Program-made: the position numbers and the translations under genes | Origin: a virus | Lineage: Duplodnaviria; Heunggongvirae; Uroviricota; Caudoviricetes | IMG/VR virus record: IMGVR_UViG_2778261152_000006 | Strand: one strand, 5' to 3' | DNA length: 7,461 nucleotides | Shown here: piece after piece, positions 6,408 through 7,461 of the stretch | Position numbering within the stretch: the first letter of the stretch is position 1 | Layout: the number at the start of each line of letters is the position of its first letter | Notes under the pieces: generated by a model | What the model was told of the DNA's origin: nothing | Databases searched by the model: none | What the model saw: the letters and a program-made list of their open reading frames with translations, nothing else

Positions 6408-7086
6408 GCAACCACCAATCGCAAAAGCCGATCTGCAAAAAACCCAGGGAAACCGTGCACCAGCAGCAGTTAAAAATAGCGACGTGATTAGTTTTATTAA
6501 CCAGCCATCAATGAAAGAGCAACTGGCAGCAGCTCTTCCACGCCATATGACGGCTGAACGTATGATCCGTATCGCCACCACAGAAATTCGTAAAGTTCCG
6601 GCGTTAGGAAACTGTGACACTATGAGTTTTGTCAGTGCGATCGTACAGTGTTCACAGCTCGGACTTGAGCCAGGTAGCGCCCTCGGTCATGCATATTTAC
6701 TGCCTTTTGGTAATAAAAACGAAAAGAGCGGTAAAAAGAACGTTCAGCTAATCATTGGCTATCGCGGCATGATTGATCTGGCTCGCCGTTCTGGTCAAAT
6801 CGCCAGCCTGTCAGCCCGTGTTGTCCGTGAAGGTGACGAGTTTAGCTTCGAATTTGGCCTTGATGAAAAGTTAATACACCGCCCGGGAGAAAACGAAGAT
6901 GCCCCGGTTACCCACGTCTATGCTGTCGCAAGACTGAAAGACGGAGGTACTCAGTTTGAAGTTATGACGCGCAAACAGATTGAGCTGGTGCGCAGCCTGA
7001 GTAAAGCTGGTAATAACGGGCCGTGGGTAACTCACTGGGAAGAAATGGCAAAGAAAACGGGTGATGATGCCAACTTACTGATTTAG
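6400..7086 (+). CDS. recT: RecT recombinase, truncated by IS1: 220 native codons plus 8 IS1-encoded codons (GDDANLLI), then stop
   Basis: [32 protein letters not shown]... matches RecT up to ...WEEMAKKT. The IS1 terminal repeat then begins at 7060. Full-length RecT is 269 aa as I recall it. The ATG at 6400 overlaps the recE stop (ATGACTAA). Track ORF 6343-7086 starts at an upstream ATG that I regard as not used. Confidence 0.9.
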   Translation: MTKQPPIAKADLQKTQGNRAPAAVKNSDVISFINQPSMKEQLAAALPRHMTAERMIRIATTEIRKVPALGNCDTMSFVSAIVQCSQLGLEPGSALGHAYLLPFGNKNEKSGKKNVQLIIGYRGMIDLARRSGQIASLSARVVREGDEFSFEFGLDEKLIHRPGENEDAPVTHVYAVARLKDGGTQFEVMTRKQIELVRSLSKAGNNGPWVTHWEEMAKKTGDDANLLI

Positions 7087-7114
7087 TGTATGATGGTGTT
7101 TTTGAGGTGCTCCA

Positions 7115-7390
7115 GTGGCTTCTGTTTCTATCAGCTGTCCCTCCTGTTCAGCTACTGACGGGGTGGTGCGTAACGGCAAAAGCACCGCCGGACATCAGCG
7201 CTATCTCTGCTCTCACTGCCGTAAAACATGGCAACTGCAGTTCACTTACACCGCTTCTCAACCCGGTACGCACCAGAAAATCATTGATATGGCCATGAAT
7301 GGCGTTGGATGCCGGGCAACCGCCCGCATTATGGGCGTTGGCCTCAACACGATTTTCCGCCATTTAAAAAACTCAGGCCGCAGTCGGTAA
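7115..7390 (+). CDS. insA: IS1 InsA (transposition regulator), 91 aa
   Basis: [91 protein letters not shown] is the IS1 InsA sequence. Confidence 0.95.
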   Translation: MASVSISCPSCSATDGVVRNGKSTAGHQRYLCSHCRKTWQLQFTYTASQPGTHQKIIDMAMNGVGCRATARIMGVGLNTIFRHLKNSGRSR

Positions 7391-7461
7391 CCTCGCGCAT
7401 ACAGCCGGGCAGTGACGTCATCGTCTGCGCGGAAATGGACGAACAGTGGGGCTATGTCGGG
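7309..7461 (+). CDS. insB: IS1 InsB (transposase frame), N-terminal 51 codons; partial at window end. Active product is the InsAB' frameshift fusion
   Basis: -1 frame relative to insA translates [51 protein letters not shown], matching the InsB N-terminus. Open to the end of the window. Confidence 0.8.
   Translation, partial: MPGNRPHYGRWPQHDFPPFKKLRPQSVTSRIQPGSDVIVCAEMDEQWGYVG
7366..7372 (+). other. IS1 A6C programmed -1 ribosomal frameshift motif (AAAAAAC) at the end of insA
   Basis: TTAAAAAAC at 7364-7372 sits in the insA/insB overlap, where the IS1 frameshift window is known to lie. Confidence 0.7.

Larger units (their letters stand above)
7060..7461 (+). mobile_element. IS1 insertion sequence, left end plus about 400 bp; continues beyond window
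   Basis: GGTGATGATGCCAACTTACTGAT at 7060-7082 matches the IS1 terminal inverted repeat I recall, with 1 mismatch. It is followed at the expected offset by an intact insA and the start of insB. Confidence 0.9.

Noticed and set aside
7086-7363. ORFs 7086-7298 (plus) and 7148-7363 (minus) inside IS1
   Set aside because: They overlap insA in other frames or strands. IS1 coding capacity is fully explained by insA and insB.
1-7461. Search for CRISPR arrays, tRNA/rRNA genes or a novel defence system
   Set aside because: No regularly spaced repeat-spacer array and no tRNA-like or rRNA-like structure was recognised. The only superinfection-exclusion or host-killing functions present (sieB, kilR) are known Rac prophage genes, and all sizeable ORFs are accounted for.

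Overview
This window reads as the immunity and early-left (recombination) region of an E. coli Rac-type lambdoid prophage, ending in an IS1 element inserted into recT. Gene order, left to right: a partial replication-initiator-like gene (YdaU-like, minus strand, runs off the window start), a CII-like YdaT-family gene and a Cro-like gene (both minus), a divergent CI-like repressor (plus), ydaG, ydaF, sieB (minus, convergent with ydaF), then kilR-ydaE-racC-recE-recT on the plus strand. recT is cut after codon 220 by the left end of IS1 (insA complete, insB partial at the window edge). Gene names from ydaG to recT and insA/insB rest on my recollection of the E. coli K-12 Rac and IS1 protein sequences; no database search was possible. 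The repressor, Cro-like and CII-like genes look like a variant immunity module, so I left their symbols blank or hedged. I do not see an undescribed system here. The points worth a second look are the IS1 disruption of recT, a repeated TACC-N4-GGTA operator-like motif on both sides of the repressor gene, a probably leaderless repressor start, candidate terminators/hairpins in the early-left operon, iteron-like repeats inside the replication gene, and a Cys4 motif in the RecE N-terminal region.
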